DNA of 64,000 bases from a virus. The position numbers and the translations under genes are program-made. This document shows, piece after piece, positions 1-9,973 of the stretch (position 1 is the stretch's first letter; each line of letters opens with the position of its first letter). The notes under the pieces are model-generated. The model saw only the letters and a program-made list of their open reading frames with translations, made no database searches and had not been told where the DNA came from. The stretch spans positions 96,001 through 160,000 of IMG/VR virus record IMGVR_UViG_3300011113_000747. One strand, given 5' to 3'.

Positions 1-316
1 TGGGTTTTGCTGCAGTAATGTTAACTCCGGAGGTTCTATTACCAATACCAGATACAGCAAACAAACCCAACGTATCAAAACCGATACCTAAAACAGAACC
101 TACAATACCATTCGTATTGGGGTTGTTATCATAACCCAAGAAAAAACCACTACCACCTACAGAATATGAAGTGCTAGAGGTTGAAACATAGGTAACAAAA
201 CCACCTTGGTGTTGTGAAGTCACACCAGTGCTGGATAGTAGATATTTGAAAGACCAAACAATGTCGAAGTTTGGATTAGCACTTACAGTATTAAGAATGT
301 TTGAAATTTTTGACAT
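1..316 (-). CDS. partial virion protein, possible L-type lectin/ConA-like domain (runs off window edge)
   Basis: Not in ORF track; hand-translated MSKISNILNTVSANPNFDIVWSFKY...GGFVTY...GGSGFFLGY...LGIGFDT, open to base 1; ATG overlaps the TAA of the upstream gene (TAATG); GFDT and GG..LGY resemble legume-lectin motifs. Confidence 0.55.
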   Translation of the reverse strand, partial: MSKISNILNTVSANPNFDIVWSFKYLLSSTGVTSQHQGGFVTYVSTSSTSYSVGGSGFFLGYDNNPNTNGIVGSVLGIGFDTLGLFAVSGIGNRTSGVNITAAKP

Positions 317-984
317 TATGACGTGTAGATAAACACATTTGCATTACGTGTACCAGTAAGTGCACCATTAGAGTTTGTATTTGTAACTCTTACGAAAGTT
401 GTAGTTTTGGTAGTATTGGTGGTTCCATTATCAGTACTATTGTCTGTTTTAATTTGTAATGTAGAGCCTGCACCTGAATTACCAAATACAACTGCGTACG
501 CTGATGTAGAAAAAGCATTAGTGAAATTAACTATAAAATCACCCAATCCAGCAGCTGAAACACTACTTACATTATATGAACTGTTTATAGTTGCATTACC
601 AGTAGTTGCAGTACCATCAAAATTTACCCACGCTTTAGGTGTAGCTGCGACAGGTACTACAGGAGTCCAACTAGTTAAATCATTTGTGTTTGTAGTTTTA
701 ATAAATGCTGTGTAGTATTGATTGAAACCAGATTTGGTAGCATATACTAAATCACCTGTTAATGCCGTTGAAATACTGGTGGGTGATGTAACTTCGCCTA
801 GGTATTTATTACCAGCTAAAACTCCACCTGATAATACACCATTACCGATGAATAGTCGGTTAGTATCTGTAGTAAATCCTGGTTCACCTAAGCTTAATAC
901 AACATTCTGTCTATCAGAGTCTGTACCTCTTCTAAAAAGAAGCTTAGTAATGGTGTTTTCTAAAATTTCAATCTTGTTTGACAT
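316..984 (-). CDS. short fibre/spike protein with Mtd-N-like N-terminus
   Basis: RRGT...LSLGEPGFTTDTNRLFIGNG motif; C-terminal KAWVNFDG module shared with 38928..40556; TAAATA 6 nt upstream. Confidence 0.6.
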   Translation of the reverse strand: MSNKIEILENTITKLLFRRGTDSDRQNVVLSLGEPGFTTDTNRLFIGNGVLSGGVLAGNKYLGEVTSPTSISTALTGDLVYATKSGFNQYYTAFIKTTNTNDLTSWTPVVPVAATPKAWVNFDGTATTGNATINSSYNVSSVSAAGLGDFIVNFTNAFSTSAYAVVFGNSGAGSTLQIKTDNSTDNGTTNTTKTTTFVRVTNTNSNGALTGTRNANVFIYTS

Positions 985-990
985 TTGAAT

Positions 991-996
991 TATTTA
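991..996 (-). promoter_or_regulatory. late promoter TAAATA
   Basis: 6 nt before ATG 984. Confidence 0.7.
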
Positions 997-1002
997 ATTG
1001 GT

Positions 1003-2808
1003 TTAATTTAAATACAATACATTATCCGTAGTTAGTAACGGTACTAACGAAGTATTTGCAACATATGACGATTGTAACAAAGAACGCTGTAAATTATAAA
1101 GATTATAAAAACAACGATTAATTACACTGTTGTTCAACGGTTCATTTTCGTGGATAAAAAAGTCAGACTCATTTGTAATATCTAAGAAATCATAGTTTAA
1201 AAAATAATTTATACCTTTCAACGTTAAAGATGGTGTATATAATGAGTCTTCATAGGTAAGTTGGTTGTTGGTAAGTTCATATTTACCATAAAATGAACCA
1301 ACTAATTGATTTTTTAACCTGATAATGTTTTCAAATATTTTATATAATTCTTTGTTAATATAATTTGCTTGAAAATACTCACTTTTTCTGAGATTAATAT
1401 CACCTATCTCATAGTTAGCAAAATTCTTTGTTTTTAACAGATCCACAAAGGTGTTCGGTTCATTTAAAAAAATGAATCTATCGTTTTTAAGAAGTATTAT
1501 AAAATCGTAATTATTATTAGAACCCAAAAGAGTGCCGCCGAGATATTTGCCCGAATCTCCTTGTATTTTTAAGTTGGTATCAGAAAAAATACCAATTAAA
1601 TCACCAGGTTTGTTAACAAACATTTTGTATACATAGTTGGTACTTATAATGTAGTAAACATTTGAATCATTTTCACTAAACACGATTTTTTTAATTGTTT
1701 CATCTGTAGTGAATCTGATATTAAGTGGATAACTTGCTACTACATTAAAATCGTTTGAAAGGTAATAGAACGTATATACATCATTTACTTTTACCACACA
1801 TGCTAACAAATCATAAAATTTGTTATAACCAATACCAACAACTTCTTCGTTAACTCTTCTAAATACTTTTCTATAGTTAACCAAGTTTAAGTTAATATCG
1901 TAAGATTTAAAAAACCTGTCAGATTGTTGATATATGTAAATGTTATTTTTCGATGCAGTTAATAAATTAGGAAAATTAAACGTTGAAGGTTGGTTTCTAC
2001 CACCACCACTCTTGATTTCTATAGTAATTCTCTGCTTTGGAGCTGCTTGATCACCGCTATAAAAATTTACAATATTGTATTTTACGATAGAATTGTTGCC
2101 TTTATCTAGTACGAAAAGGAAATCACCTAAAATCTCCATCCCAACAATATCATTGTAGAGATAATCCCCCGATAAATCACTAATACATGATGTACATAAA
2201 GAAATACCACATGTTGATGTAACTGTATTACCTGTGATAGCAGTTATAATAGAGGATGTAGCAGCAAAAATAACATAGTTGTTGTTGATCTCATTCTCTT
2301 TGTAAGCTATAGAATTAACTTGGTTAAAATTATAACCAGACACGAATGTATTTGTAGTAAAACTACTAGGTGTGAATGTTATATCTTGAGGGATAACAGT
2401 TAAAGGTGTGGTTGGTGTGGTGGTGCCTATAAAATATGATAAACCTTTAGGTAAGTTACTATCATAGATAAAAAATCTCGAATACAAATAATTTGTATTT
2501 TCATAAAATTTTTTAAAATAACCATTAAGGTTATCTGCAGTCAAAAATTCCCCAGTTGGTACTATAAAATCTTGCTCATTATATACTAACATTGTTGTTT
2601 CATCAAGGGCTCTATCAAAAAGATAAGGAGATGTAAGAACATTATTGGTAAAATTATTTTGATTGCATAATGTTTCAGTAAAAGATTGTTTACCTTTATA
2701 TGGTGCACCACTTAATATTGTATAATAACCGGTATATGCCTGAGATTGGTAATTGAAAGCATCACCACTTGTATAACCAACTCTTAAATTTTTAAAATTA
2801 TCTAGCAT
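1003..2808 (-). CDS. virion structural protein, possible beta-propeller
   Basis: 601 aa, N/Y/F-rich beta-strand pattern, structural context, 1 nt from upstream gene. Confidence 0.45.
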   Translation of the reverse strand: MLDNFKNLRVGYTSGDAFNYQSQAYTGYYTILSGAPYKGKQSFTETLCNQNNFTNNVLTSPYLFDRALDETTMLVYNEQDFIVPTGEFLTADNLNGYFKKFYENTNYLYSRFFIYDSNLPKGLSYFIGTTTPTTPLTVIPQDITFTPSSFTTNTFVSGYNFNQVNSIAYKENEINNNYVIFAATSSIITAITGNTVTSTCGISLCTSCISDLSGDYLYNDIVGMEILGDFLFVLDKGNNSIVKYNIVNFYSGDQAAPKQRITIEIKSGGGRNQPSTFNFPNLLTASKNNIYIYQQSDRFFKSYDINLNLVNYRKVFRRVNEEVVGIGYNKFYDLLACVVKVNDVYTFYYLSNDFNVVASYPLNIRFTTDETIKKIVFSENDSNVYYIISTNYVYKMFVNKPGDLIGIFSDTNLKIQGDSGKYLGGTLLGSNNNYDFIILLKNDRFIFLNEPNTFVDLLKTKNFANYEIGDINLRKSEYFQANYINKELYKIFENIIRLKNQLVGSFYGKYELTNNQLTYEDSLYTPSLTLKGINYFLNYDFLDITNESDFFIHENEPLNNSVINRCFYNLYNLQRSLLQSSYVANTSLVPLLTTDNVLYLN

Positions 2809-2809
2809 A

Positions 2810-5800
2810 TTAATAGTTAATAAATTTTACATCTCTTACTGTAACATCACCTGGTAAAATATCCCTTACACCTTGCAATACGCTAGTTGTAATTTGCGAT
2901 TGTAATACACTATCTGTAATAGTTGTATCTTTCACGACAACATCAACAACGTTACTTTTGCTAGATGGTTGAGCTAATTTGAACACACTCTGTATTTCCT
3001 CTATACCATTTCTTTGACCACATGGTAACGATGTGTATAGTGTATTTACACTACCATTTGTTTGTAAAAACAATGATTTTATTTCAGTATCAGTAAGCCC
3101 GTTATTATAAATTTTAAAGTTATAAATAGATGCATTATTAAGCTTTCCATATGATGGTATACCTAAGAAATCACCTATTACAGTGTTGTTGTGGAATGGA
3201 ATTGACCCAATTACAATATCATCTTTCACAAAAATATTACCAATATATTTGTAACTATCAATAGATTGGGAGTAAATCTTAGTACCATTAACATACACAG
3301 ATAAATTACCATCATTACTGTAATTAAAACAAAACGTATTGTATAGTTTTGATAAGTTTGAAATAGGTGTTGAAAATTTAAATTTTTGTTTATCAGTTGT
3401 ATTAAAAATATTAACAAGCGAAACTTCAAAATTTAAGTTTTTGTAATCTGTATTACCTACGAAGAAATTGTAATCTGTAAAATTTTGTTTTTCACCATTA
3501 TATACGCAACCTTCTACTAAGGTTGTGGTATTAACATTTGTAGTAAAGCTGAAATCCTTTATAGTGTATACAGCATTTTCTGAATCATATGCTAACACAA
3601 CTGGGTAAAATTTATTACCAGTATTAGTACCATCATATCTATATTCATTAACAAAATCTATACCATAGCATGTTAGTGTATCTACAAAAGATAGTGAATT
3701 TAAAAATTTACGATTTTTATCTACCTGAGTTAACTCATAATTGTTATGCAAGATATATACATTATCGTCTTTATCTATATTAAAATCAGGTATACCCGTA
3801 TTTGATCTTGCAAATACTACAGGCTCAGTATTCGGCTCTTTAAGATAATATCTAGCTAAAACATCATTGTCAAAAATACCATATAAATAACCTCTAGAAT
3901 CTACTTTTAATTGATTAGCTTCAAATCCATAGACTACGTCATTATAGACATAAATTCCAGTAGGGGTTGTTTCGTTACTAGCAAATATATTAATGGTACC
4001 TGTAACTGCTTGCTTAGTTGTGGTGTTATAATCTAGATATGTTGTATTATCTGATAGTAAGAATACTATTTTTTCAGTGGTTGGTGTGGTATAATGATAA
4101 AAATCTAGATAATCAGATATCTGACTAAGGTTTACCTTATCGAGAATTGTACCATCAGTCGCGATATTATATACCCCGGTACCCACCACCACATGATAGT
4201 GAGAAAGTCCAGCTGGATCTATAACATCAGTAATAACATCATCAAAACTAAGGGAATAAAGTAAACTTGTATCTGTACTATAAACATTAAGAGTTTTACC
4301 ACTCTTGATATACATCATAGGTGTTATAGCAGAATCACTGTAAATACCTATACCTGTATCAACAATATTACCCAATACGTAACTAAATTTAGCGTCTAGT
4401 GGTGTTTCTAGTGTGAAGAAAACTGCAAAAGAACCAGAACTATTAATTGTTTCTACTGGTATGGATGTATAATTACTACCATTCAGATCCAACGTATCGT
4501 AATTCTGAACGTTTACAATATTTTCATTATTAACGATAAATGTAAAATCTTTTTGTAGTAATCCAGAGATGCTACTAACGTATCCATTTATATTATTAAG
4601 ACCTACACGTGTGTATGCATATGATTCATTTGGTGAAAAAACTAAATCACTTATAACATCAAAATATTGATAGTTTGCTACTCTATTTTTGTTGTCGTAT
4701 GCTAGTTGACTTATAATATTATCAAATGTGGGTGTGAAAACAGCATTACCGCTAAGAGCATTTTGTCTTGTAATAATATCTGGGAAATAGTACCTATCTA
4801 ACCAGGTATTACCTGAAAGCCAGGTTGTAAGATACGTACCAAATTGATTTTGAGTGTTAATTCCATTTTTTGTTGTTACTTTATCACTTAATAATGGTGT
4901 TAGTCCTCCCATAGCACCATCTACAACGAAGCTAGTATCATTAATATTAAGTTGATCAAATGGAAATATTGAAGATGGTGTGTTAAAATTGGTTGTTGTA
5001 TCAGATGGAAAAGCTAAATCAGTATTATAATATACATAATTGAGAGTTATATCTTTGTAACCTACTTCTTGGCTACCACCGGTGTAAATATTTGTATATT
5101 CTCTGAAGAACGGAGTGGGTGTATTATCACCAGATTCAATTATTGGATTACCTCTTTTAGATACAAACTTATCAGTATAAAGGTTTTTTAATTTAAATGT
5201 ATTGAAATCAATATAACTTGTATCTCTAATATTCTGATACTCAAAATGTAATATATTATTATTTTTATAATCGAAACCACTTTTACTGTCATTCACCTTA
5301 AGATTGTATAAACTTTCAGGGTTATATGATATCCATGAAGTATTGATTTTAGGATCTAACGATGTGTTAGTTAATAACACTCTAAACAAACACAAATTTG
5401 TGTCAAAAACATTGCTATCTGTAGCGCGCTTCAAAACTAAGCTGTTATTTTCGACACATAATACATGATAATCACCTCTTACAAATTTTGTAAAATATAC
5501 AAAACCTGAGTCATCTAACACATAATCAAAACCATCAGGATAACCAGCATTAAAATAATTTGGTAAATTGTCTACGTTAGTAGACGTAATAAAATAAAAA
5601 TTAGTAGAATATACACCACTCTGATCGTAAACTAAAAAGAAATCGGTTTCTTCTCTAGTGTGTTTTATTCTGCAGGTATTTTCGTTAAAAATTTCTAATT
5701 GGAAAAACAGTCTAGATGTATCGGGTTGCTCACTAGATGTTACCAATGAATATGAATTAGCATAACCTGAAATAGGTAATGTGTTTACTGTATCAAAATT

Positions 5801-6094
5801 TAAATAAGATAAATTACTGTTAGAGCTTAAAATAGCAACGTATGTAATAATATTAGAAACCTGATTAGATAATAAGCTTACATCAAAAATATCTTTATCT
5901 ACTTTGAGGTTAGTAAGATATATTCCACTATAATTACTAATTTTGGAGTCATTTGGTGCAGATAATGCATTAATATAATTTAAAGTTACACCTTGCTCAA
6001 AAAATGCACGCTCTTGATTGTAGCTTAAAAAAGCATCAGAGTAACGAGCTGATGGAGATGAAATTTCTGAGAAACTATGTTTTTGAAGACTCAC
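2810..6094 (-). CDS. large baseplate/virion protein with probable LamG (ConA-like) domain
   Basis: 1094 aa, GTG start with TAAATA 5 nt upstream; C-terminal FCFNYSNDGNLSVYVNG...IVIGS...YNFKIYNNGLTDTEIKSLF is LamG-like. Confidence 0.5.
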   Translation of the reverse strand: MSLQKHSFSEISSPSARYSDAFLSYNQERAFFEQGVTLNYINALSAPNDSKISNYSGIYLTNLKVDKDIFDVSLLSNQVSNIITYVAILSSNSNLSYLNFDTVNTLPISGYANSYSLVTSSEQPDTSRLFFQLEIFNENTCRIKHTREETDFFLVYDQSGVYSTNFYFITSTNVDNLPNYFNAGYPDGFDYVLDDSGFVYFTKFVRGDYHVLCVENNSLVLKRATDSNVFDTNLCLFRVLLTNTSLDPKINTSWISYNPESLYNLKVNDSKSGFDYKNNNILHFEYQNIRDTSYIDFNTFKLKNLYTDKFVSKRGNPIIESGDNTPTPFFREYTNIYTGGSQEVGYKDITLNYVYYNTDLAFPSDTTTNFNTPSSIFPFDQLNINDTSFVVDGAMGGLTPLLSDKVTTKNGINTQNQFGTYLTTWLSGNTWLDRYYFPDIITRQNALSGNAVFTPTFDNIISQLAYDNKNRVANYQYFDVISDLVFSPNESYAYTRVGLNNINGYVSSISGLLQKDFTFIVNNENIVNVQNYDTLDLNGSNYTSIPVETINSSGSFAVFFTLETPLDAKFSYVLGNIVDTGIGIYSDSAITPMMYIKSGKTLNVYSTDTSLLYSLSFDDVITDVIDPAGLSHYHVVVGTGVYNIATDGTILDKVNLSQISDYLDFYHYTTPTTEKIVFLLSDNTTYLDYNTTTKQAVTGTINIFASNETTPTGIYVYNDVVYGFEANQLKVDSRGYLYGIFDNDVLARYYLKEPNTEPVVFARSNTGIPDFNIDKDDNVYILHNNYELTQVDKNRKFLNSLSFVDTLTCYGIDFVNEYRYDGTNTGNKFYPVVLAYDSENAVYTIKDFSFTTNVNTTTLVEGCVYNGEKQNFTDYNFFVGNTDYKNLNFEVSLVNIFNTTDKQKFKFSTPISNLSKLYNTFCFNYSNDGNLSVYVNGTKIYSQSIDSYKYIGNIFVKDDIVIGSIPFHNNTVIGDFLGIPSYGKLNNASIYNFKIYNNGLTDTEIKSLFLQTNGSVNTLYTSLPCGQRNGIEEIQSVFKLAQPSSKSNVVDVVVKDTTITDSVLQSQITTSVLQGVRDILPGDVTVRDVKFINY

Positions 6095-6099
6095 ATTTA

Positions 6100-6105
6100 T
6101 ATTTA
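6100..6105 (-). promoter_or_regulatory. late promoter TAAATA
   Basis: 5 nt before GTG 6094; divergent partner at 6153..6158. Confidence 0.7.
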
Positions 6106-6152
6106 TCCTCCAATCTTTAATACATAAACTAACCTGACATTAACTTTTGTAA

Positions 6153-6158
6153 TAAATA
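6153..6158 (+). promoter_or_regulatory. late promoter TAAATA
   Basis: 10 nt before ATG 6169. Confidence 0.55.
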
Positions 6159-6168
6159 ATTTAGTAAT

Positions 6169-7428
6169 ATGTCATCACCGGTAAATTTTTCATCTCTTAC
6201 CTCGTTATCAACAATTAGCAATACAGATCAGCTGTTAGTTAGAATTGATAATTCGCTTTCCGGAACATCCGGTTTTGGTAGAATAACAAAATCTAGACTT
6301 TTATCTAGTGTGGATCTTACAAGTTTATCTGCTAACTGGCAAGGTACGTATACCACCGTAAGTGCTAATTCTGGAGTTTGGAACAATGCATTAACCATTT
6401 TTAAACAGGTATCTTCTACATCAACACCTAATAACTTAACTAATGCATATGCAATATCTGTAATTTCATTATCATCAAATGTTGATTTTGCTATTGTAGC
6501 AAAAGGTACAGGTGCAACTCTTGCTAATATACCCGATAATACAGCTACAGGTGGTAATAAACGTGGTCCATGGGCTACAGACTTACAAAAACTAAGAGCT
6601 GATGAAACACGTGTAGCTGCTGGTAGCGCGAGTGTAATATGCGGTGGTGGATATAATACCGTAAATAGTGAATATTCTGTTGTTGTGGGTGGTTATGGTA
6701 ATACTATAGATTCAACCTCAACATACAGTACGGTTGGTGGTGGCAGTAATAATTCGATAACTAATGGTGTACAATCTATAATTGCTGGTGGTGTATCTAA
6801 CCAAGTAAAACAATCATATGGAACAGTCGGAGGTGGTAGTAATAATATTTGTGATGGTCCAGCTGCATCAATTGGTGGTGGTGCCAATAACATCATTATT
6901 GTGGGTGAATATTCTACAATTGCTGGTGGTTATTTTAATACATTATCTGGTAATTTTTCATCTGCTGTTGGTTCATACAATTCAGATAGAGATTTAAGTA
7001 ATGTTCATCTTTTAGGTTCTAATTTATCAGCAAGTCAAGCTAATTTTACATATGTAAATAATATTTCATCACAAGGAATTATCACCGGTACCTTAAGTGC
7101 TGCAACATATGTAGCAACTGTAACATCTTCATCAAATACAAACTATGTATTACAGTTAACAGATGCATCTAAAACCATTATTGATACAGCATCAACCACC
7201 ACAACATATAGTATACCAGCAAATTCAGTAACAGCATTTGCAATAGGAACACAAATCATAATCATTCAAGGTAACAAAAACGCAAGTAATTATACAATAC
7301 TTTCCGCAGGTGTTGGTGTGACAATTAATAGTTACATGTCCTCATTATCTCTTGGTGGTAATTATGCAGCTGGTACATTAATTAAAACAGATACCAATAC
7401 ATGGTATTTAATAGGTAATTTAGCATGA
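6169..7428 (+). CDS. tail fibre protein with GG-x-x-N repeats
   Basis: Repeated S/T-x-x-GG-x-x-N units, W-x3-Y segment, C-terminal ...AAGTLIKTDTNTWYLIGNLA module; paralogous to 38928..40556. Confidence 0.65.
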   Translation: MSSPVNFSSLTSLSTISNTDQLLVRIDNSLSGTSGFGRITKSRLLSSVDLTSLSANWQGTYTTVSANSGVWNNALTIFKQVSSTSTPNNLTNAYAISVISLSSNVDFAIVAKGTGATLANIPDNTATGGNKRGPWATDLQKLRADETRVAAGSASVICGGGYNTVNSEYSVVVGGYGNTIDSTSTYSTVGGGSNNSITNGVQSIIAGGVSNQVKQSYGTVGGGSNNICDGPAASIGGGANNIIIVGEYSTIAGGYFNTLSGNFSSAVGSYNSDRDLSNVHLLGSNLSASQANFTYVNNISSQGIITGTLSAATYVATVTSSSNTNYVLQLTDASKTIIDTASTTTTYSIPANSVTAFAIGTQIIIIQGNKNASNYTILSAGVGVTINSYMSSLSLGGNYAAGTLIKTDTNTWYLIGNLA

Positions 7429-7913
7429 TACCAATCATCACAGGTGTAATAGCAAGCAGTGTAGCTAGAGGTGTATACTCTTTTACCGGTCAAGCTGACT
7501 GTTTTGGAAGCTCCCCTGTAACTGTTTATACCTCATCATCTTCACTCAGTTATTCATCTGTCTTGTATCAAAATCCAGACTTGACTAGTCCGTACAGTGG
7601 TCTTTTTATCACAAGTGGTATGGTTTATGTTGTTTCAGAAACAGGAAATATAACAATTATAGCAACAGAATTTGTCTCTGGTAGATATTCAACTTATGAT
7701 GGTTGTGGTGGTGAAACACCATCAGGAAATATATGGATACCATCTGGTAATACAAATAGCGGTGCAGTTTATACAGCATGTTATGCTGATGATTCAACGA
7801 AAGCTTTGAATCAAACTTATAATATTGATAATTCTGGTAGTAATCTTATAGCGACTGCTACCATCACAACAGATGGTTCTGGTATAATTACTGGAAATAT
7901 ACCTTGTGAATAA
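7425..7913 (+). CDS. small fibre-associated protein, possible tip adhesin
   Basis: ATGA overlap with fibre gene; S/T/G-rich, 4 Cys; function inferred from position. Confidence 0.4.
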   Translation: MIPIITGVIASSVARGVYSFTGQADCFGSSPVTVYTSSSSLSYSSVLYQNPDLTSPYSGLFITSGMVYVVSETGNITIIATEFVSGRYSTYDGCGGETPSGNIWIPSGNTNSGAVYTACYADDSTKALNQTYNIDNSGSNLIATATITTDGSGIITGNIPCE

Positions 7914-7938
7914 TGTGAGTAACAAATTTAATTCAATA

Positions 7939-8691
7939 TTATCCGTATAATCCGTAAATATCGGTGTTATTGACATTTTGATTAAACACTTTATCAATGC
8001 TTAATTGATCAACATTACCTGGATAAGACTTAGCAGGTGATTGACTTTGTATAGCAGATGATACAACACCTGAAAATGTGTTGTCAAACACTTGATTATT
8101 TCCTGATTCACCAGATAATCCAGGCTCGAAAGAGTACTCGAAACGTTTACCTTTCAATCTATAGATATATGAACCATAAAGTGGGTTAATTGCTGATAGA
8201 TCTTCATCAACCCTTTCTGTAATTTCATACATTCTCGGACCCCTATCACCTGGTCTGCAAGAGTAATCAATTAACTCTACAACATCACCAGATTTAGGTT
8301 CGATTCGTTGACCAAATGTGTTATATGAAAGTGAACTAAACAACGAAGTAAACGTATCTATATGTAAAAAACCTGTAAACTCTTCATCAGTTACGAAACC
8401 AAATTTTCTAAGGGTGATAGCATTAGCTCCCACCTCAACATACATTCTTATTGTACGTGGTGCTGAGTATGGTCTAGTAGGATCTTCACCATATAAGTTA
8501 TCTGTAGCAGAAACGTTGTATGTATTAACATAATAGTTAACGTTTGTGCCAAAATTCTTGATTAGATCTTTAAATGCATTGTCGTAGATGATCTGCTCAC
8601 CTTGAAAATTGTTAGCATTAAAGATTTCACAATTTGCTGTATTGGAACCAGCAAATATATCACAGCTTTGTAATGGACGACAATCACTCAT
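7939..8691 (-). CDS. neck/head-completion protein (T4 gp14-like)
   Basis: DNLYGEDP...IRMYVE...KFG..DE motif pattern typical of gp14. Confidence 0.65.
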   Translation of the reverse strand: MSDCRPLQSCDIFAGSNTANCEIFNANNFQGEQIIYDNAFKDLIKNFGTNVNYYVNTYNVSATDNLYGEDPTRPYSAPRTIRMYVEVGANAITLRKFGFVTDEEFTGFLHIDTFTSLFSSLSYNTFGQRIEPKSGDVVELIDYSCRPGDRGPRMYEITERVDEDLSAINPLYGSYIYRLKGKRFEYSFEPGLSGESGNNQVFDNTFSGVVSSAIQSQSPAKSYPGNVDQLSIDKVFNQNVNNTDIYGLYG

Positions 8692-9010
8692 TTGTTTTTG
8701 TTAAGTAAAACTTACCTTTTTCCTTTACCATCTTTATATTTGAGTTGGAATTAATACTTACTTCCTCACCCTCTTCTGGTAAATTAATACCATACTCTTG
8801 ACTCACCGTAAAAGCTCTATCATCTGTTAAAAATGGTTTTGGGTTCATACCCTTGAATAGAGATTCAACCTCAATTGTTTTTCTTTGACCGCTTATCTTC
8901 TTATCCTTAGCAACTTTAGGATTCATAGGGTTCATTCTTTGATTACGACCCGTTATATGAAGTGTTTTGGAATTTTTGGGTTGCCCCATGAATTGTTTAA
9001 AGGAAATCAC
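8684..9010 (-). CDS. small basic late protein, possible head-internal protein
   Basis: Start revised to GTG 9010 (MISFKQFM...) because TAAATA lies 5 nt upstream and a terminator occupies the longer ORF 5' end. Confidence 0.55.
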   Translation of the reverse strand: MISFKQFMGQPKNSKTLHITGRNQRMNPMNPKVAKDKKISGQRKTIEVESLFKGMNPKPFLTDDRAFTVSQEYGINLPEEGEEVSINSNSNIKMVKEKGKFYLTKTNE

Positions 9011-9015
9011 AATAT

Positions 9016-9021
9016 TATTTA
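9016..9021 (-). promoter_or_regulatory. late promoter TAAATA
   Basis: 5 nt before GTG 9010. Confidence 0.65.
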
Positions 9022-9033
9022 ATATAAACAGTA

Positions 9034-9065
9034 GAAAGCTCGGATGAATTAACATCCGAGCTCTC
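9034..9065 (-). terminator. hairpin terminator downstream of 9088..9960
   Basis: Minus strand GAGAGCTCGGATG-TTAATT-CATCCGAGCTTTC, 13-bp stem with one wobble, followed by a moderately T-rich tail. Confidence 0.7.
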
Positions 9066-9087
9066 CGTATTTTAGCTTCTATTTTAA

Positions 9088-9960
9088 TTATGCGAAGAAG
9101 TCACTACCAACTTTACCTGTCTTTGTCTGGCCTTTTACCTTGTTACCACCCTTTTCACCCATATCTGGCTTCTTAGCATTAACAAGAGCGTGACCAATAT
9201 CACCTGCATCACCCTTTACCTCATCGGTATATTTACCATCACCACCGTTACCACCACTTGGCTTAAGCTTCATGTTAACTTTGTTATTGCCTTTTTCACC
9301 CATGTTTGGCTTCTTAGCATTTACAAGGACGTGGCCCATTTCTTCTTCATCTTCTTCAAGTGAATCGGATTCAAAATCCATTTCATCACCACCTTCTTCA
9401 CCCATTTCTTCACCCATGTCTTCCATTTCGGTTTCACCTTCACCGATGACACCCATAAGCACGTCATGAAGCTGCTTAGCGAGATCCTTAGAAAGGGTAA
9501 TTGTGACTGTATCTTCTTCACCACCCATTTCATCACCACCTGCATCATCCTCGATACCAAGTGCGTCAAGTTCCATTGATTCAGCGTCCTCACCACCCAT
9601 GGAGTCAGACATTACGTTTTCGTATAATTTATCAAAAATAGATTTGCTCATAAAGTTATTTATTGCTCTTTGTGATGATTTTTCAACAATTTCTTCATCT
9701 TCTTCTGCAGTAAGTGTATTTCCTACATAGATGTTATCTTCATCTTCTTTCTTGGAAATTTTATTAGGGTCAATCTCAGCTGGTTTGAATCCACCTTTTT
9801 CTGTTGGACCTCCATCTTGTAGCTTTGCTGCGTCCTTATCGTTCAATTCTTTAGCACCAGGACCTTGCTTTTTAGGAAGAGTTTTTTCCTCAACAACTTT
9901 AACGCTATTGAGCATACTACCGTATATCTTACCTAAATTCATTAGAGATTTTTTTGACAT
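9088..9960 (-). CDS. acidic prohead core/internal-type protein with C-terminal duplication
   Basis: E/D/M/G-rich; GH(V/A)LVNAKKP(N/D)MGEKG.NKV twice; TAAATA 6 nt upstream; own terminator. Confidence 0.5.
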   Translation of the reverse strand: MSKKSLMNLGKIYGSMLNSVKVVEEKTLPKKQGPGAKELNDKDAAKLQDGGPTEKGGFKPAEIDPNKISKKEDEDNIYVGNTLTAEEDEEIVEKSSQRAINNFMSKSIFDKLYENVMSDSMGGEDAESMELDALGIEDDAGGDEMGGEEDTVTITLSKDLAKQLHDVLMGVIGEGETEMEDMGEEMGEEGGDEMDFESDSLEEDEEEMGHVLVNAKKPNMGEKGNNKVNMKLKPSGGNGGDGKYTDEVKGDAGDIGHALVNAKKPDMGEKGGNKVKGQTKTGKVGSDFFA

Positions 9961-9966
9961 ATAATT

Positions 9967-9972
9967 TATTTA
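9967..9972 (-). promoter_or_regulatory. late promoter TAAATA
   Basis: 6 nt before ATG 9960. Confidence 0.7.
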
Positions 9973-9973
9973 G

